Shown: positions 28,522 through 37,831 of the stretch, piece by piece | How the letters are laid out: every line of letters starts with the position of its first letter | Position numbering within the stretch: position 1 is the stretch's first letter | Assembly (NCBI GenBank): GCA_038745065.1 | Contig: JBCDLT010000004.1 | Location: 69,507 to 133,506, forward strand | DNA length: 64,000 bases | From: Pseudomonadota bacterium | GTDB lineage: Bacteria > Pseudomonadota > Alphaproteobacteria > Rhizobiales > JANQQB01 | Direction of reading: 5' to 3' | Position numbers and translations under genes: made by a program | Notes under the pieces: generated by a model | What the model was told of the DNA's origin: nothing | The model's database searches: none | What the model saw: only the letters and a program-made list of their open reading frames with translations

Positions 28522-29998
28522 CGGCCGGCTCCGCTTCGCGGAAACCGCGCAACCGAGTCTTGTCGGTCGAGACCCCGCCGATTTCAGCCAGTGCCTTGCC
28601 AAGCAAGGCCTTGGCGACGTCCAGCCGGTATTCCGCGCTGGCGCGGTGGTCATCGAGCGGCCGGAAGTCCTCGTCCAGGCACTGCAAGGCGGCCTGCAAC
28701 CGCTCGGCGTCGTCGGCAGGTGCTCCATCGAGCGCAACCTCGGTCGCGGTCGCGCGTTTCGGCGTACCGGCCATGCCGCCATAGGCGATGATCGGGTCGC
28801 TGAGGACGCCATCCCGCAGCGTGAAGCTGAACGCTCCAAGCACGCTGGAAATGTCCTGGTCGAAGCGTTTTGAGATCTTGTGACACCGAAACACGCGGTC
28901 GGGTGCCGGTTTGGGCAACAAAATGCCGGAAACGAATTCGCCCGGTTCGATATCCTGGCGGCCGTATTCGAGGAAAAAATCCTCCAGCGGAAGCGCGCGC
29001 ACCGCCTCGCCCCGGCGCAGTTCCAGCTTGGCGCCGAGCGCGATCAGCGGCGGCGGAGTGTCGCCGATCGGTGAGCCGTTGGCGATGTTGCCGCCGATCG
29101 TCCCGGATGCCCGAACCTGTTTCGATCCGATCCGGCGCCAGATTTCGGCAAGATCCGGATCGATCGACGCCATGATGTCCTCGGCATCGGAATAGGTACA
29201 GGTGGCACCGATCAGGTAGGACGTGGCGGTCTGCTCGATGCGGTCGAGGCCGGCGACGCGGCCGAGCCAGATGACCTTCGGCAGATCCCGCAATGCCTTG
29301 GTGACCCAAAGGCCGACATCGGTGGCGCCGGCGACCAGTGTGGCATCGGGATGATCGCCATAGAGCCTTGCCAGCGCATCGATCGAAGCCGGCGCGGCAA
29401 AAAAGCCGTCTTCGCGATCGATCAACAGATCGGCCGCGTCGTCGAAGGACTGGAGAAGGCTTTCGGTATCGGACCGTTTGCCTGTGAAGGTGTCGTCGCG
29501 CGGGCGCGACAGGGCATCGATTGCGGCATCGGCAATCGGCCGGTAGCCGGTGCAGCGACACAGATTGCCCGCCAGCCATTCATTCACGATGGCGCGGGTG
29601 CCGGGCGTCTTCCTTTCGTGGAACAGGCAGAACAGCGCCATGACAATACCGGGCGTGCAGAAACCGCATTGACTGGCGTGGTGGCGCGCCATGCATTCCT
29701 GAACCGGGTGCGGATCGTCCGGTTGGCCGATGTCCTCAACGGTTACGATTTCCGCGCTGTCGGCCATGCCGAGCAGGGTGATGCAGGCGTTGACCGGCTC
29801 ATAGACCAGCCGACCGTCCCGCAGACGTCCGATCGCGATCGTACAGGCACCGCAATCGCCTTCGCAGCACCCTTCCTTCGTTCCGACGGCCCCTTCCGTC
29901 AGGCGCAGATGATCAAGCAGCGTGTCGGTCGGCGCGAAGCCGTCTACTTCGACCGTCTTGCCTTTCCTTATCAGCCGGATCGCCGTGCGTGTGCCCAT
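28514..29998 (-). CDS. xdhA: Xanthine dehydrogenase small subunit (2Fe-2S + FAD-binding)
   Basis: GCCEGDCGACT and CGFCTPG/CRCTGY ferredoxin clusters, followed by an FAD-binding domain (LVAGATDVGLW). Confidence 0.9.
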   Translation of the reverse strand: MGTRTAIRLIRKGKTVEVDGFAPTDTLLDHLRLTEGAVGTKEGCCEGDCGACTIAIGRLRDGRLVYEPVNACITLLGMADSAEIVTVEDIGQPDDPHPVQECMARHHASQCGFCTPGIVMALFCLFHERKTPGTRAIVNEWLAGNLCRCTGYRPIADAAIDALSRPRDDTFTGKRSDTESLLQSFDDAADLLIDREDGFFAAPASIDALARLYGDHPDATLVAGATDVGLWVTKALRDLPKVIWLGRVAGLDRIEQTATSYLIGATCTYSDAEDIMASIDPDLAEIWRRIGSKQVRASGTIGGNIANGSPIGDTPPPLIALGAKLELRRGEAVRALPLEDFFLEYGRQDIEPGEFVSGILLPKPAPDRVFRCHKISKRFDQDISSVLGAFSFTLRDGVLSDPIIAYGGMAGTPKRATATEVALDGAPADDAERLQAALQCLDEDFRPLDDHRASAEYRLDVAKALLGKALAEIGGVSTDKTRLRGFREAEPADG

Positions 29999-30000
29999 GC

Positions 30001-30351
30001 CTAACTGCCGCGATAGGTCGAATATCCGTAGGGCGCGATCAGCAGCGGAACATGGTAGTGCTCGTCAGCATTCGCGATCCCGAACCGGACCGGAACGATG
30101 TCCAGGAACGACGGCTCCTCGGTGTCGACGCCCTGCAATCTGAAATAGGCGCCGGCGAAAAAACGGATCTCGTAATGCCCCGGTTCGAACGCATCATCCG
30201 CCAAAAGCGGCGCATCAAGACGTCCGTCGTCGTTGGTTGTATAGCGCCCGAGGCATTCCAGCGGATCGTTCTCGCGCCATAGCTCGATGACCAGACCGGC
30301 CGCCGGCCGGCCGTGTGCGGTATCCAGCACATGCGTCGTCAATCGCCCCAT
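30001..30351 (-). CDS. uraH: 5-hydroxyisourate hydrolase (transthyretin-like)
   Basis: [16 protein letters not shown]...[19 protein letters not shown] includes the diagnostic C-terminal YRGS tetrapeptide. Confidence 0.9.
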   Translation of the reverse strand: MGRLTTHVLDTAHGRPAAGLVIELWRENDPLECLGRYTTNDDGRLDAPLLADDAFEPGHYEIRFFAGAYFRLQGVDTEEPSFLDIVPVRFGIANADEHYHVPLLIAPYGYSTYRGS

Positions 30352-30427
30352 TTCGATCCTTCGGCAACACCCTTTGGATGCACCACGCTAAACGCAGGTG
30401 CGGGGGCCTGTCGAGCGACAAAAGCGC

Positions 30428-30463
30428 ACCGCTGCCGGCGCCTTGGAACGGCAGCCGGTTTTG
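30428..30463 (-). terminator. Candidate intrinsic terminator downstream of qor
   Basis: ACCGCTGCCG (30428-30437) pairs with CGGCAGCCGGT (30449-30459) with one bulge. A-run and T-run flanks (CAAAAG / TTTTG) give a T-tract on both strands. Confidence 0.35.
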
Positions 30464-30511
30464 CAGTGGATACCGACGACTTCTCAAAGTTCCCGGAAAC
30501 CGGGCCGGCAA

Positions 30512-31489
30512 TCAGGGTTTCAGGACCGTCTGGCCGGTCGTGCGGCGGCCTTCCAGATCTTCGTGGGCTTTTTGGGCGTCCTGGAGAGCGTAGGTCTGGT
30601 TCACCTCGATTTTCACATCGCCGTTCGCAACCACGGAAAACAGGTCGTTCGCGGTTTCCTCAAGATCTGCCCGCTCCGCCACGTAGGAAAACAGGGTCGG
30701 ACGGGTCGCGAACAAGGAGCCTTTATGCGCCAGGATACCGAGATTGACGTCGGGAAGCGCGCCGGAAGACTGTCCGAAGGATACCCACATGCCGAGCGGG
30801 CGCAGACAGTCCAGCGAAGCCGGAAAAGTATCCTTGCCGACGGAATCGTAGACGACGTCGCAGCCCTTGCCGCCGGTGATTTCCTTGACCCGATCGACGA
30901 AGTTCTCGGTCTTGTAATTGATGACATGCGTGTAGCCGTTTGCCCGGGCACGGTCGGCCTTTTCGTCCGAACTGACCGTTCCGATGCTTGTTGCGCCAAT
31001 CTTTCTGGCCCATTGGCCGGCGATCGAACCGACACCTCCGGCGGCGGCGTGGAAGAGCAATGTCGTTTCCGGTCCGATACGGAAGGTACTGCGCAGCAGG
31101 TAGCGGGCTGTCATGCCCTTCAGCATCATGGCGGCCGCCTCGTCGTCGGAAACGCCTTCCGGCACTTTCACGAGGCCGCCGGCCGGCATGACACGTGCCT
31201 GCGCATAGGCCCCGAGCCCGCCGGCATAGGCGACGCGGTCGCCAACCGCGACGTGGCTGACGCCCTCACCGACCGCCTCGACGACGCCAGCTCCCTCATT
31301 GCCCGGGATGAATGGCAATCCTGTCGGCGCCGGATAGAGGCCGGAGCGGAAATAGGTGTCGATGAAATTGAGCCCGATGGCGGAATGCCGGATCCGTGCC
31401 TCTCCCGGTCCGGGATCGCCGACGTCGACGTTCTCCCATGTGAGAACCTCAGGACCGCCCGTTCGGTGCACGCGGATCGCCATTGCCAT
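30512..31489 (-). CDS. qor: NADPH:quinone oxidoreductase (zeta-crystallin/MDR family)
   Basis: HRTGGPEVLTWENVDVGDPGPGEARIRHSAIGLNFIDTYFRSGLYP... and AAAGGVG. Start moved to ATG 31489. Confidence 0.85.
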   Translation of the reverse strand: MAMAIRVHRTGGPEVLTWENVDVGDPGPGEARIRHSAIGLNFIDTYFRSGLYPAPTGLPFIPGNEGAGVVEAVGEGVSHVAVGDRVAYAGGLGAYAQARVMPAGGLVKVPEGVSDDEAAAMMLKGMTARYLLRSTFRIGPETTLLFHAAAGGVGSIAGQWARKIGATSIGTVSSDEKADRARANGYTHVINYKTENFVDRVKEITGGKGCDVVYDSVGKDTFPASLDCLRPLGMWVSFGQSSGALPDVNLGILAHKGSLFATRPTLFSYVAERADLEETANDLFSVVANGDVKIEVNQTYALQDAQKAHEDLEGRRTTGQTVLKP

Positions 31490-31578
31490 ATCGTTTCTCC
31501 CTGGCCCAGGAGACCGCCGTCCCCTCGCCTGCTTCCTGTCGATTGATCGGCGGCCGCCAGAGGCGCGCCGTTGAAGGG

Positions 31579-32190
31579 TTATCCGGCCCAGTCGAGCGTG
31601 CACAACTCGGCGGACCGACCGGCAAAATTCCAATTGCGGCCAAAGGCCCGCAATTTGCTCTTGTCGGATTTGCAAACCGTGATGTCCGGTGCGATCCAAT
31701 ACTGGCTGTTTTGGATAACGACGTGTTCGTCCTTGTCGCTTGCCGGCACAGGCGTGACGGCGCCTTCGATCATCTTGCCGGCCCGGAAAATCCGCGTCGT
31801 GCCATCGATGTCGTAGGTGATGTCGGTCTGGTGAACGCCCAGAAAACGTCCGACCAGGATTTTCAAAAGGCCGGTCGTGCCTCCTGCGCGGCCGGAAAAG
31901 ATCTTCGTCAGCGCGTTGGTCTGATAAACGCCGGCCTTTTCATCGATCAGCACACCTGCCGTCCAGTTTCCGCGCGACATGAGCCCCGGAATTTCCATGA
32001 TCAGACCCATATTGATGTCGCTGAGGTCGATATCGTCGAAATGGCCTTCCTCGATGCGAATGCCGGCCCAGGTCTGGCAATAGCCTTCCGTTGGCGGATG
32101 CAGGCCCAACGACAGCACGCACGGGCAGAAGACCGTGCAATTGCACGACAGAACCAATTCTCCCTTCAGGGACCAGGATGGGTTCGACAT
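31579..32190 (-). CDS. DUF1326-family protein with an N-terminal Cys cluster
   Basis: 203 aa. LSCNCTVFCPCV (CxCx4CxC) sits near the N-terminus, with no signal peptide or TM. The family assignment is from memory. Confidence 0.7.
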   Translation of the reverse strand: MSNPSWSLKGELVLSCNCTVFCPCVLSLGLHPPTEGYCQTWAGIRIEEGHFDDIDLSDINMGLIMEIPGLMSRGNWTAGVLIDEKAGVYQTNALTKIFSGRAGGTTGLLKILVGRFLGVHQTDITYDIDGTTRIFRAGKMIEGAVTPVPASDKDEHVVIQNSQYWIAPDITVCKSDKSKLRAFGRNWNFAGRSAELCTLDWAG

Positions 32191-32251
32191 GAGTGGACGT
32201 TCCTTTTCGTTTTTTCCGGAGCGCCGGGCCGCCAGGGCACCGCGCCGACAT

Positions 32252-33175
32252 TTATCCCGTCAGGAAAGCAGAAGCGAGCGACGGCCCGCTGACTGCTATC
32301 CCGACGCATAACAAAAAGATACCGATACCTTTTGTAATCCAGATATTTGGATAGGTTTTCTCAAGCGTCATGAGAATGCAAAGCAATGCCGTCCAGACCA
32401 GGTTCATCACGCCCACTGCGAACATCACGGTCATCAGGGCCCAGCAACATCCAAGACAGAAGAGCCCCTGCTCGACACCGAGACGAAACAGGCCGCCGGA
32501 ACGCGGCGTCCAACGGGCGAAGAAATAGGAAAACGGGTTCTGGCACTTGGTCAGGCAGGCATGCTTGGCCGGTGTGAATTGGTAAAGCGCGGCGGCAAGG
32601 AAGATCGCTCCCGCCAGGGCCGGTGCGACGGGTGTGCCGGCAAACGTCAAGGCCCCGAGCGCCGTTAGTCCGGATTGCAGAAGGGCTGCGACCAGCGAGA
32701 AACCGATCCAGATGACCATGTATCCCGACGCCAGTACCAGGACCGGCGCGGCCGGCTCTCCCTTGCGCGCCGCGGTATCCGCGATCTGGGCATAGGTCGC
32801 CAGCATGGGCGCGGCGCTCGGCAGCATCATCGCGAGCACCATCATCAGCCACATCGGCAGGACGATCACGAACGTCTCTCCCGACACAAGTGTCGGGCCC
32901 ACGTCGATCAATGGCTGGCAAAGCGCGGCGAGAAACGGCGGAAGCTCAAATCCGAGAACCGGTTCCAGAAGCGCCATGCCCGGTCCGAAGACAGCGGCAT
33001 CATCCGATCGAGCGCCAAGAACCATGGCCGTCAGATACACCCAGCCCAACCCTGCGGCGACTGCAACCGCACTGTAGACGGGCAGGCGCGGATGATGCGC
33101 CACCCAACCGATCGCCCGATCGGGCCCGGCCAGGCCCGACAAGTCCGATTCGCTATGCGGCGACGTTTCCGCCAT
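32252..33175 (-). CDS. DUF2182-family integral membrane protein (predicted metal-binding)
   Basis: Polytopic. It has a Met-rich helix LPMWLMMVLAMMLPSAAPML and Cys motifs HACLTKCQNPF and LFCLGCCW. Start moved to ATG 33175. Confidence 0.7.
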   Translation of the reverse strand: MAETSPHSESDLSGLAGPDRAIGWVAHHPRLPVYSAVAVAAGLGWVYLTAMVLGARSDDAAVFGPGMALLEPVLGFELPPFLAALCQPLIDVGPTLVSGETFVIVLPMWLMMVLAMMLPSAAPMLATYAQIADTAARKGEPAAPVLVLASGYMVIWIGFSLVAALLQSGLTALGALTFAGTPVAPALAGAIFLAAALYQFTPAKHACLTKCQNPFSYFFARWTPRSGGLFRLGVEQGLFCLGCCWALMTVMFAVGVMNLVWTALLCILMTLEKTYPNIWITKGIGIFLLCVGIAVSGPSLASAFLTG

Positions 33176-33392
33176 CCAAGGTTCCTTGTAGTGTCGTGTG
33201 CACCAAAACGCGTCCGCGAACGGTTTGCAAGCCCGCCATCTGAAAATGGTTTTCGCGTTCAAGGCGGTGTACCCGGCGCAAGCCTGAAGGCCTGGTGCGA
33301 CTTCGTCCCCCTTGCCGCCGACGGACCAACCTGTCTACGGTCGCGGCCGGTCGACGCGCAGATGCGCGCGGCAGCGCGAAAGCGGAAGACAC

Positions 33393-34562
33393 ATGGACAA
33401 AACGAGCGATGTCGATATCGGGATTGTCGGTGGCGGACCCACCGGCCTGACGGCCGCGCTGCTGCTCGAGATGGGCGGCTACAAGGTGGCGCTGGTGGCG
33501 CCCAAGGCTGCCGATGACGGGCGATCTGTCGCGCTGCTGCAATCGTCCCTTGAGATTTTTGACACAATCGGTTGTCGCGCGGAGATCGAAGCGGCCGGCG
33601 CAGCGCTTGCGATCATGCGGCTCGTCGACGATACGGGCCACCTCCTGCGCGGTCCCGAACTCGCCTTCAAGGCCAGCGAGATCGGCTACGATTCCTTCGG
33701 TTATTCGATCGCGACGGCCGCGTTGACCGCCATTCTGGAAAATCAAGCGGCCAAGACCGGATCTCTACGACGCATAGCGAGCGACGTTGAGGCCGTGCAG
33801 CCCGGCGTGGACAGCGTCACGCTGATCACCCGGACTGCCGGGCGGGTGACATGTCGGCTCGCCGTCGGCGCCGACGGCAAACGCTCGCTCTGCCGCGAGG
33901 CCAGCGGAGTCGAATTCAAGACCTGGTCCTATCCGCAGGAAGCCCTGGTCACAACGGTGAGCCACGAACGGCCGCACGACAATATCTCGACCGAATTCCA
34001 CACGAGGGCGGGTCCGTTCACCCTGGTTCCGGTTTCTGACGAGCAATGCGGCCTTGTGTGGGTCGACCGGCCTGAAGTGATCGCAACCTGGAAGGAGGCC
34101 GAGCCTGCCATTCTGTGCCGGGAGATCGAACGCCGGTCGCATGCCATCCTTGGGCGCATCACCGATTGCGTGCCGCCCCGGACATTTCCGATGTCCGGCG
34201 GCTATGCGCCTGATCCGGCGGCGAACCGCGTTGCGCTGGTCGGCGAGGCCGCCCATTATTTCCCGCCGATCGGGGCCCAGGGTCTCAATCTCGGTCTTAG
34301 AGACTGCGCCGCCTTGGCCCGCTCGCTCGGCAAGCGACGCACCGATCCCGGCGAAAGGGAGGCCCTCCAACGATATGTCCGCTCGCGCAAGGCCGATGTG
34401 ACGTCGCGAACCTACGGCGTCGATATGCTCAACCGCTCACTGCTGATCGATTTCTTCCCGGTCCAGGCGGCCCGCGCACTCGGACTGACACTGGCCGACA
34501 CCATCCAGCCCCTCCGCCGCCTGATGATGCGGCTCGGCATGGCCGTGTCGCCGTTGCGCTGA
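33393..34562 (+). CDS. UbiH/UbiF/VisC/COQ6-family FAD-dependent monooxygenase
   Basis: IGIVGGGPTGLTAALLL (GxGxxG), DGKRS and GEAAHYFPPIGAQGLNLGLRD. Confidence 0.85.
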   Translation: MDKTSDVDIGIVGGGPTGLTAALLLEMGGYKVALVAPKAADDGRSVALLQSSLEIFDTIGCRAEIEAAGAALAIMRLVDDTGHLLRGPELAFKASEIGYDSFGYSIATAALTAILENQAAKTGSLRRIASDVEAVQPGVDSVTLITRTAGRVTCRLAVGADGKRSLCREASGVEFKTWSYPQEALVTTVSHERPHDNISTEFHTRAGPFTLVPVSDEQCGLVWVDRPEVIATWKEAEPAILCREIERRSHAILGRITDCVPPRTFPMSGGYAPDPAANRVALVGEAAHYFPPIGAQGLNLGLRDCAALARSLGKRRTDPGEREALQRYVRSRKADVTSRTYGVDMLNRSLLIDFFPVQAARALGLTLADTIQPLRRLMMRLGMAVSPLR

Positions 34563-34597
34563 TCAGCGGGAATGGTTCGGCGGTAGGCCGTTTCGTC

Positions 34598-35662
34598 CTA
34601 ATCGGAGCGGCGGACAGCCGGATCGATCGGCAGGGGTAGCGCCCGGATGCGAGTACCGGAATCCAGTTCTATGTCGCGGTCGAACAGGCCGCGGTCCACG
34701 AAATGCGGATCTTCGAGCGCGTCCGGATAGGCGCGGACGAGCGTTGCGCAGCAATCGGCCTTGGCGAGGATCGGTTTCCAGTCTTCGGCCGGGCGCGCAG
34801 CGAAACGGGCGGCGAGGCCTTTGCGGGTTGCCTCGGGATCGTTCGTATCCGCACGCAACGCTTCCTCCAGGCCGACCGCCTCGCACAAGGCCATCCAGAA
34901 CTTCTGTTCCAGGGCCCCGACCGCTACCAGATGGCGGTCCGCGGTCGCATAGAGGCCGTAGCGTGGCGACCCGCCGGTCAACAGCATGGTTCCGGATCGG
35001 GCGACGGAGCCGATGCCGATGAAGTCGGCATGGGCGAAGGGCGCGAAGGCGAACATGGCGTCCGTCATTGCGATGTCGAGATGCGTGCCCCTTCCCGTCC
35101 GTTCGCGGGCAATCAGGGCAAGCAGGATGTTGATCAGCGCCGGGAATGATCCGCCGCCGATATCGGCGACCTGGGTCGGCGGCAGGATCGGGGCGTCGAC
35201 AGGTCCGCGCGACAGATCCAGAACGCCCGTCAGAGCCATGTAATTGATGTCGTGGCCGGCCTCGATGGCGCGCGGACCCTCCTGACCGTAGCCCGATATG
35301 GAACAGAGGATCAGGCGGGGATTGACGGCAGCGAGCGTTTCGTAATCGAGCCCGAGGCGCGCCATGACGCCGGGTCGAAACTGCTCGACCAGAACATCCG
35401 CCTGCTTGGCAAGGTCGAGCAATTCCTGGCGGCCGGAATCAGACTTCAAATCAAGTTCCAGGAACCGCTTTCCGCGGTTCAGTATTGAAAACGCCACCGA
35501 CTCGCCATCGACAAACGGCGGATACCGCCGCATGTCTTCGCCGCCCGGCTTCTCGACCTTCAAGACGTCGGCCCCCGCCTCGGCGAGGCACAGCGTGGCC
35601 AGCGGACCGGGCAGCAGGGTCGTCAGGTCAAGCACCTGAATGCCATCAAGCGCGCCGTTCAA
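34598..35662 (-). CDS. Family III CoA-transferase (CaiB/BaiF; racemase-like)
   Basis: GIQVLDLTTLLPGPLATLCLAEAGADVLKVEKPGGED is the typical N-terminus, on a 354-aa protein. Confidence 0.85.
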   Translation of the reverse strand: MNGALDGIQVLDLTTLLPGPLATLCLAEAGADVLKVEKPGGEDMRRYPPFVDGESVAFSILNRGKRFLELDLKSDSGRQELLDLAKQADVLVEQFRPGVMARLGLDYETLAAVNPRLILCSISGYGQEGPRAIEAGHDINYMALTGVLDLSRGPVDAPILPPTQVADIGGGSFPALINILLALIARERTGRGTHLDIAMTDAMFAFAPFAHADFIGIGSVARSGTMLLTGGSPRYGLYATADRHLVAVGALEQKFWMALCEAVGLEEALRADTNDPEATRKGLAARFAARPAEDWKPILAKADCCATLVRAYPDALEDPHFVDRGLFDRDIELDSGTRIRALPLPIDPAVRRSD

Positions 35663-35707
35663 CCGGTCTTCCTTTCATAGCGGCTTTCCTCCACTGATTG
35701 CTTCCTC

Positions 35708-36661
35708 TCACAGCCCCGGAATCCGGTTATCGACAACGAGATAAAGGATGCCCGTCACCGTGAACACCGACACTGCGGTGCCGATGAGGATCGCCGACGA
35801 GGCCCGTTCGACATAGGACTGATACTGGCTGGCCAGCACGAACACGTTGGCGGCCGGCGGCAGGCAGGCCATGAGCACGGCTGTCTTGATCCACAACGGA
35901 TCGATCCCGCCGAGCCATGTGAGCACCCAATAGACGATGATCGGATGCGCCACCAACTTGATCAATAGCAGCGCCGGCAATTCAAGCGGTACCCGCTTGA
36001 TCGGCCGTAACGCCACCGTCACACCCATCGCAAACAGGGCGCAGGGCGCGGCAGCCGAGCTGAGGAATTCCAGCAGACGGTCGAGTGCGACCGGCAGGTC
36101 GAGTTGCACCGCAGCCGCAAAGATCCCGGCCATCGTCGCCAGAATGAACGGATGCAGAAAGAGACGTTTCAGGGCCGTCGCGACGATCCCCAGCATGGAT
36201 TGTTTTTCGTTCCCGCCTATCGCCATGAGAAAGGCGGCCAGCATGAACAACAGTGCATTGTCGAAGCAAAAGATCAGAGCCGTCGGCACGGTCGACGCGG
36301 AACCCAGTGCGGCAAGCGTCAGACCGGGGCCCATGTAGCCGATATTGGAATAGGCGCCGATCAATCCCTGGACCGTCGCTTCGCGAATCCGTCCGCTGGT
36401 TACGATGACACCGAGGCAGAACGCGACCGCGAAGGCGAGATAGGTCGAAAAGGTCGTGCCGAAGACAAAGCCCCAATTCGTGATCTGGTCGATGGGCGTT
36501 TCCGACAAGAGGCGAAAAAACAGGGCCGGCAAGGCGCAATAGACGACGAAAAAGTTCAGCCAGGCCAGGCCGGCTTCCGGCAGGTTACCGATACGCCCGG
36601 CGCCATAACCGAGGAAGATCAGCCCGAAAAACGGCAGCGCGAGGGTAATCACCTCGTTCAT
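35708..36661 (-). CDS. AEC-family (auxin efflux carrier) transporter
   Basis: About 317-aa polytopic protein starting MNEVITLALPFFGLIFLGYGAG. Start moved to ATG 36661. Confidence 0.8.
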   Translation of the reverse strand: MNEVITLALPFFGLIFLGYGAGRIGNLPEAGLAWLNFFVVYCALPALFFRLLSETPIDQITNWGFVFGTTFSTYLAFAVAFCLGVIVTSGRIREATVQGLIGAYSNIGYMGPGLTLAALGSASTVPTALIFCFDNALLFMLAAFLMAIGGNEKQSMLGIVATALKRLFLHPFILATMAGIFAAAVQLDLPVALDRLLEFLSSAAAPCALFAMGVTVALRPIKRVPLELPALLLIKLVAHPIIVYWVLTWLGGIDPLWIKTAVLMACLPPAANVFVLASQYQSYVERASSAILIGTAVSVFTVTGILYLVVDNRIPGL

Positions 36662-36819
36662 GGCCCGCCCTCCTCGACCGGCCGGTTTTGGACGCGCCGT
36701 GGCCGCGTCGTTGCATTTCCCGTCGCGGATCGCGTATGCACCTCGGGCGCTGGCAGGATTCCCCATGGCGTCCCTGCTCCGAGCGCTTCGGATTTTGCAA
36801 CGGATATCAAGAACAAGAC

Positions 36820-37725
36820 GTGTCAGACCCCGGGAAAGTGCGCCTCAAGGACCGTATCGAATATGCCGCCGTTTTGGCAGTCGCAAACTGCCTGCAAGCG
36901 CTCCCTGTGGAAACGGCCGCAGCGTTCTGCGGCTTCTGCTGGCGGCACATCGCATCGCGCACACGCCGGCAAAAACGTGTGCTTGCCCACCTGCGCCTCG
37001 CCTTTCCGCACCTGACCGACAACGAAGTAAAGAAGCTCAGCCTGCGGGTCTGGGACAATCTGGGGCGGGTGATGGCGGAAACCCTGCATCTGCGTACCCT
37101 GAGGGGCCGCGCCCTGGAAAGTCCGCACGACCATTCCCGGGTCGGCCCGGTTCGCGAGCACGTCGACCATGGCCTTGTCGTCGCGTCCGGCCATATCGGC
37201 GCCTACGAGTTGATTGTCGTCGCGGCCCTGCAAGTCGGCGCGAAACCGGCGGGTATTTATCAGGAACTGAAAAACCCGCTGGTTGACCGATATCTCGCCG
37301 ACCTGCGGCGCCCGATGTTTCCTGCCGGCCTGTTTTCGAAGAGCCACAAGGCGGCCCGTCAGGTGCTTGGTATCGTCAAGGCCGGCGGCACCGCCGCTTT
37401 CCTCGCAGATCAGCGCGAAATCAAGGGCGTGAAGATCCGGTTTTTCGGCCAACCGGCCTATGCCAACCCGTTTCCGGCAATGCTTGCCCGCCATTGTGCG
37501 GTGCCGTTCATGGCCGGGCGCATCATCCGGCGCCTCGACGGAACCTATATGATCGACGCCGACGAAGTACCGGTGCCGGCAGACGGCAGTTCGGCAGCGG
37601 CGCTGCTCGCTGCAACGCAGAACTTTCACGATGTCCTGGAGCGCTATATCCGGGAATATCCCGAACAATGGATGTGGACGCACCGGAAATGGGCGCTGCC
37701 GGAAGGCGAAACCGAGGCGGCCTGA
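36820..37725 (+). CDS. Lipid A biosynthesis lauroyl/lysophospholipid acyltransferase-family protein
   Basis: LpxL/HtrB-like pattern with HIGAYE (Hx4E) and YANPFPAMLARH. The start is uncertain: GTG 36820 is preferred, with in-frame ATGs at 36736 and 36688. Confidence 0.7.
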   Translation: MSDPGKVRLKDRIEYAAVLAVANCLQALPVETAAAFCGFCWRHIASRTRRQKRVLAHLRLAFPHLTDNEVKKLSLRVWDNLGRVMAETLHLRTLRGRALESPHDHSRVGPVREHVDHGLVVASGHIGAYELIVVAALQVGAKPAGIYQELKNPLVDRYLADLRRPMFPAGLFSKSHKAARQVLGIVKAGGTAAFLADQREIKGVKIRFFGQPAYANPFPAMLARHCAVPFMAGRIIRRLDGTYMIDADEVPVPADGSSAAALLAATQNFHDVLERYIREYPEQWMWTHRKWALPEGETEAA

Positions 37726-37831
37726 GCAATTGTCTTCCTGAGAGGCCCCTCTTCGACTATCGCCGTCTTGCGGTTTCGTCGGCACGAGATAAAACCATGT
37801 TGCTCTGCAACATTGCTCGGAAGGTCCTTCG

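Noticed and set aside
27004-28791. 595-aa plus-strand ORF inside the xdhB region
   Set aside because: It is antisense to xdhB, and no domain is recognisable. The same reasoning applies to 4466-6193 (minus, antisense to xylF), 39672-41234 (minus, antisense to BCCT), 20220-21698 (plus, antisense to the BMP SBP), 61916-62893 (plus, antisense to the haloperoxidase gene) and the many 60-300-aa overlapping ORFs.
26191-28839. Long N-terminal extensions given by the ORF track (for example 882-aa xdhB, 395-aa qor, 405-aa LacI, 268-aa dddL, 353-aa epimerase)
   Set aside because: The extensions are Arg/Pro-rich, overlap the upstream gene, and precede internal starts that have good RBSs and family-typical N-termini. 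Starts were therefore moved downstream. Exact starts remain predictions.
30512-31489. qor considered as the acryloyl-CoA reductase AcuI linked to DMSP/acrylate metabolism
   Set aside because: Its N-terminus and length fit a classic zeta-crystallin-type Qor. It lies 24 kb from dddL in an unrelated context, and no evidence in the sequence supports an AcuI assignment.
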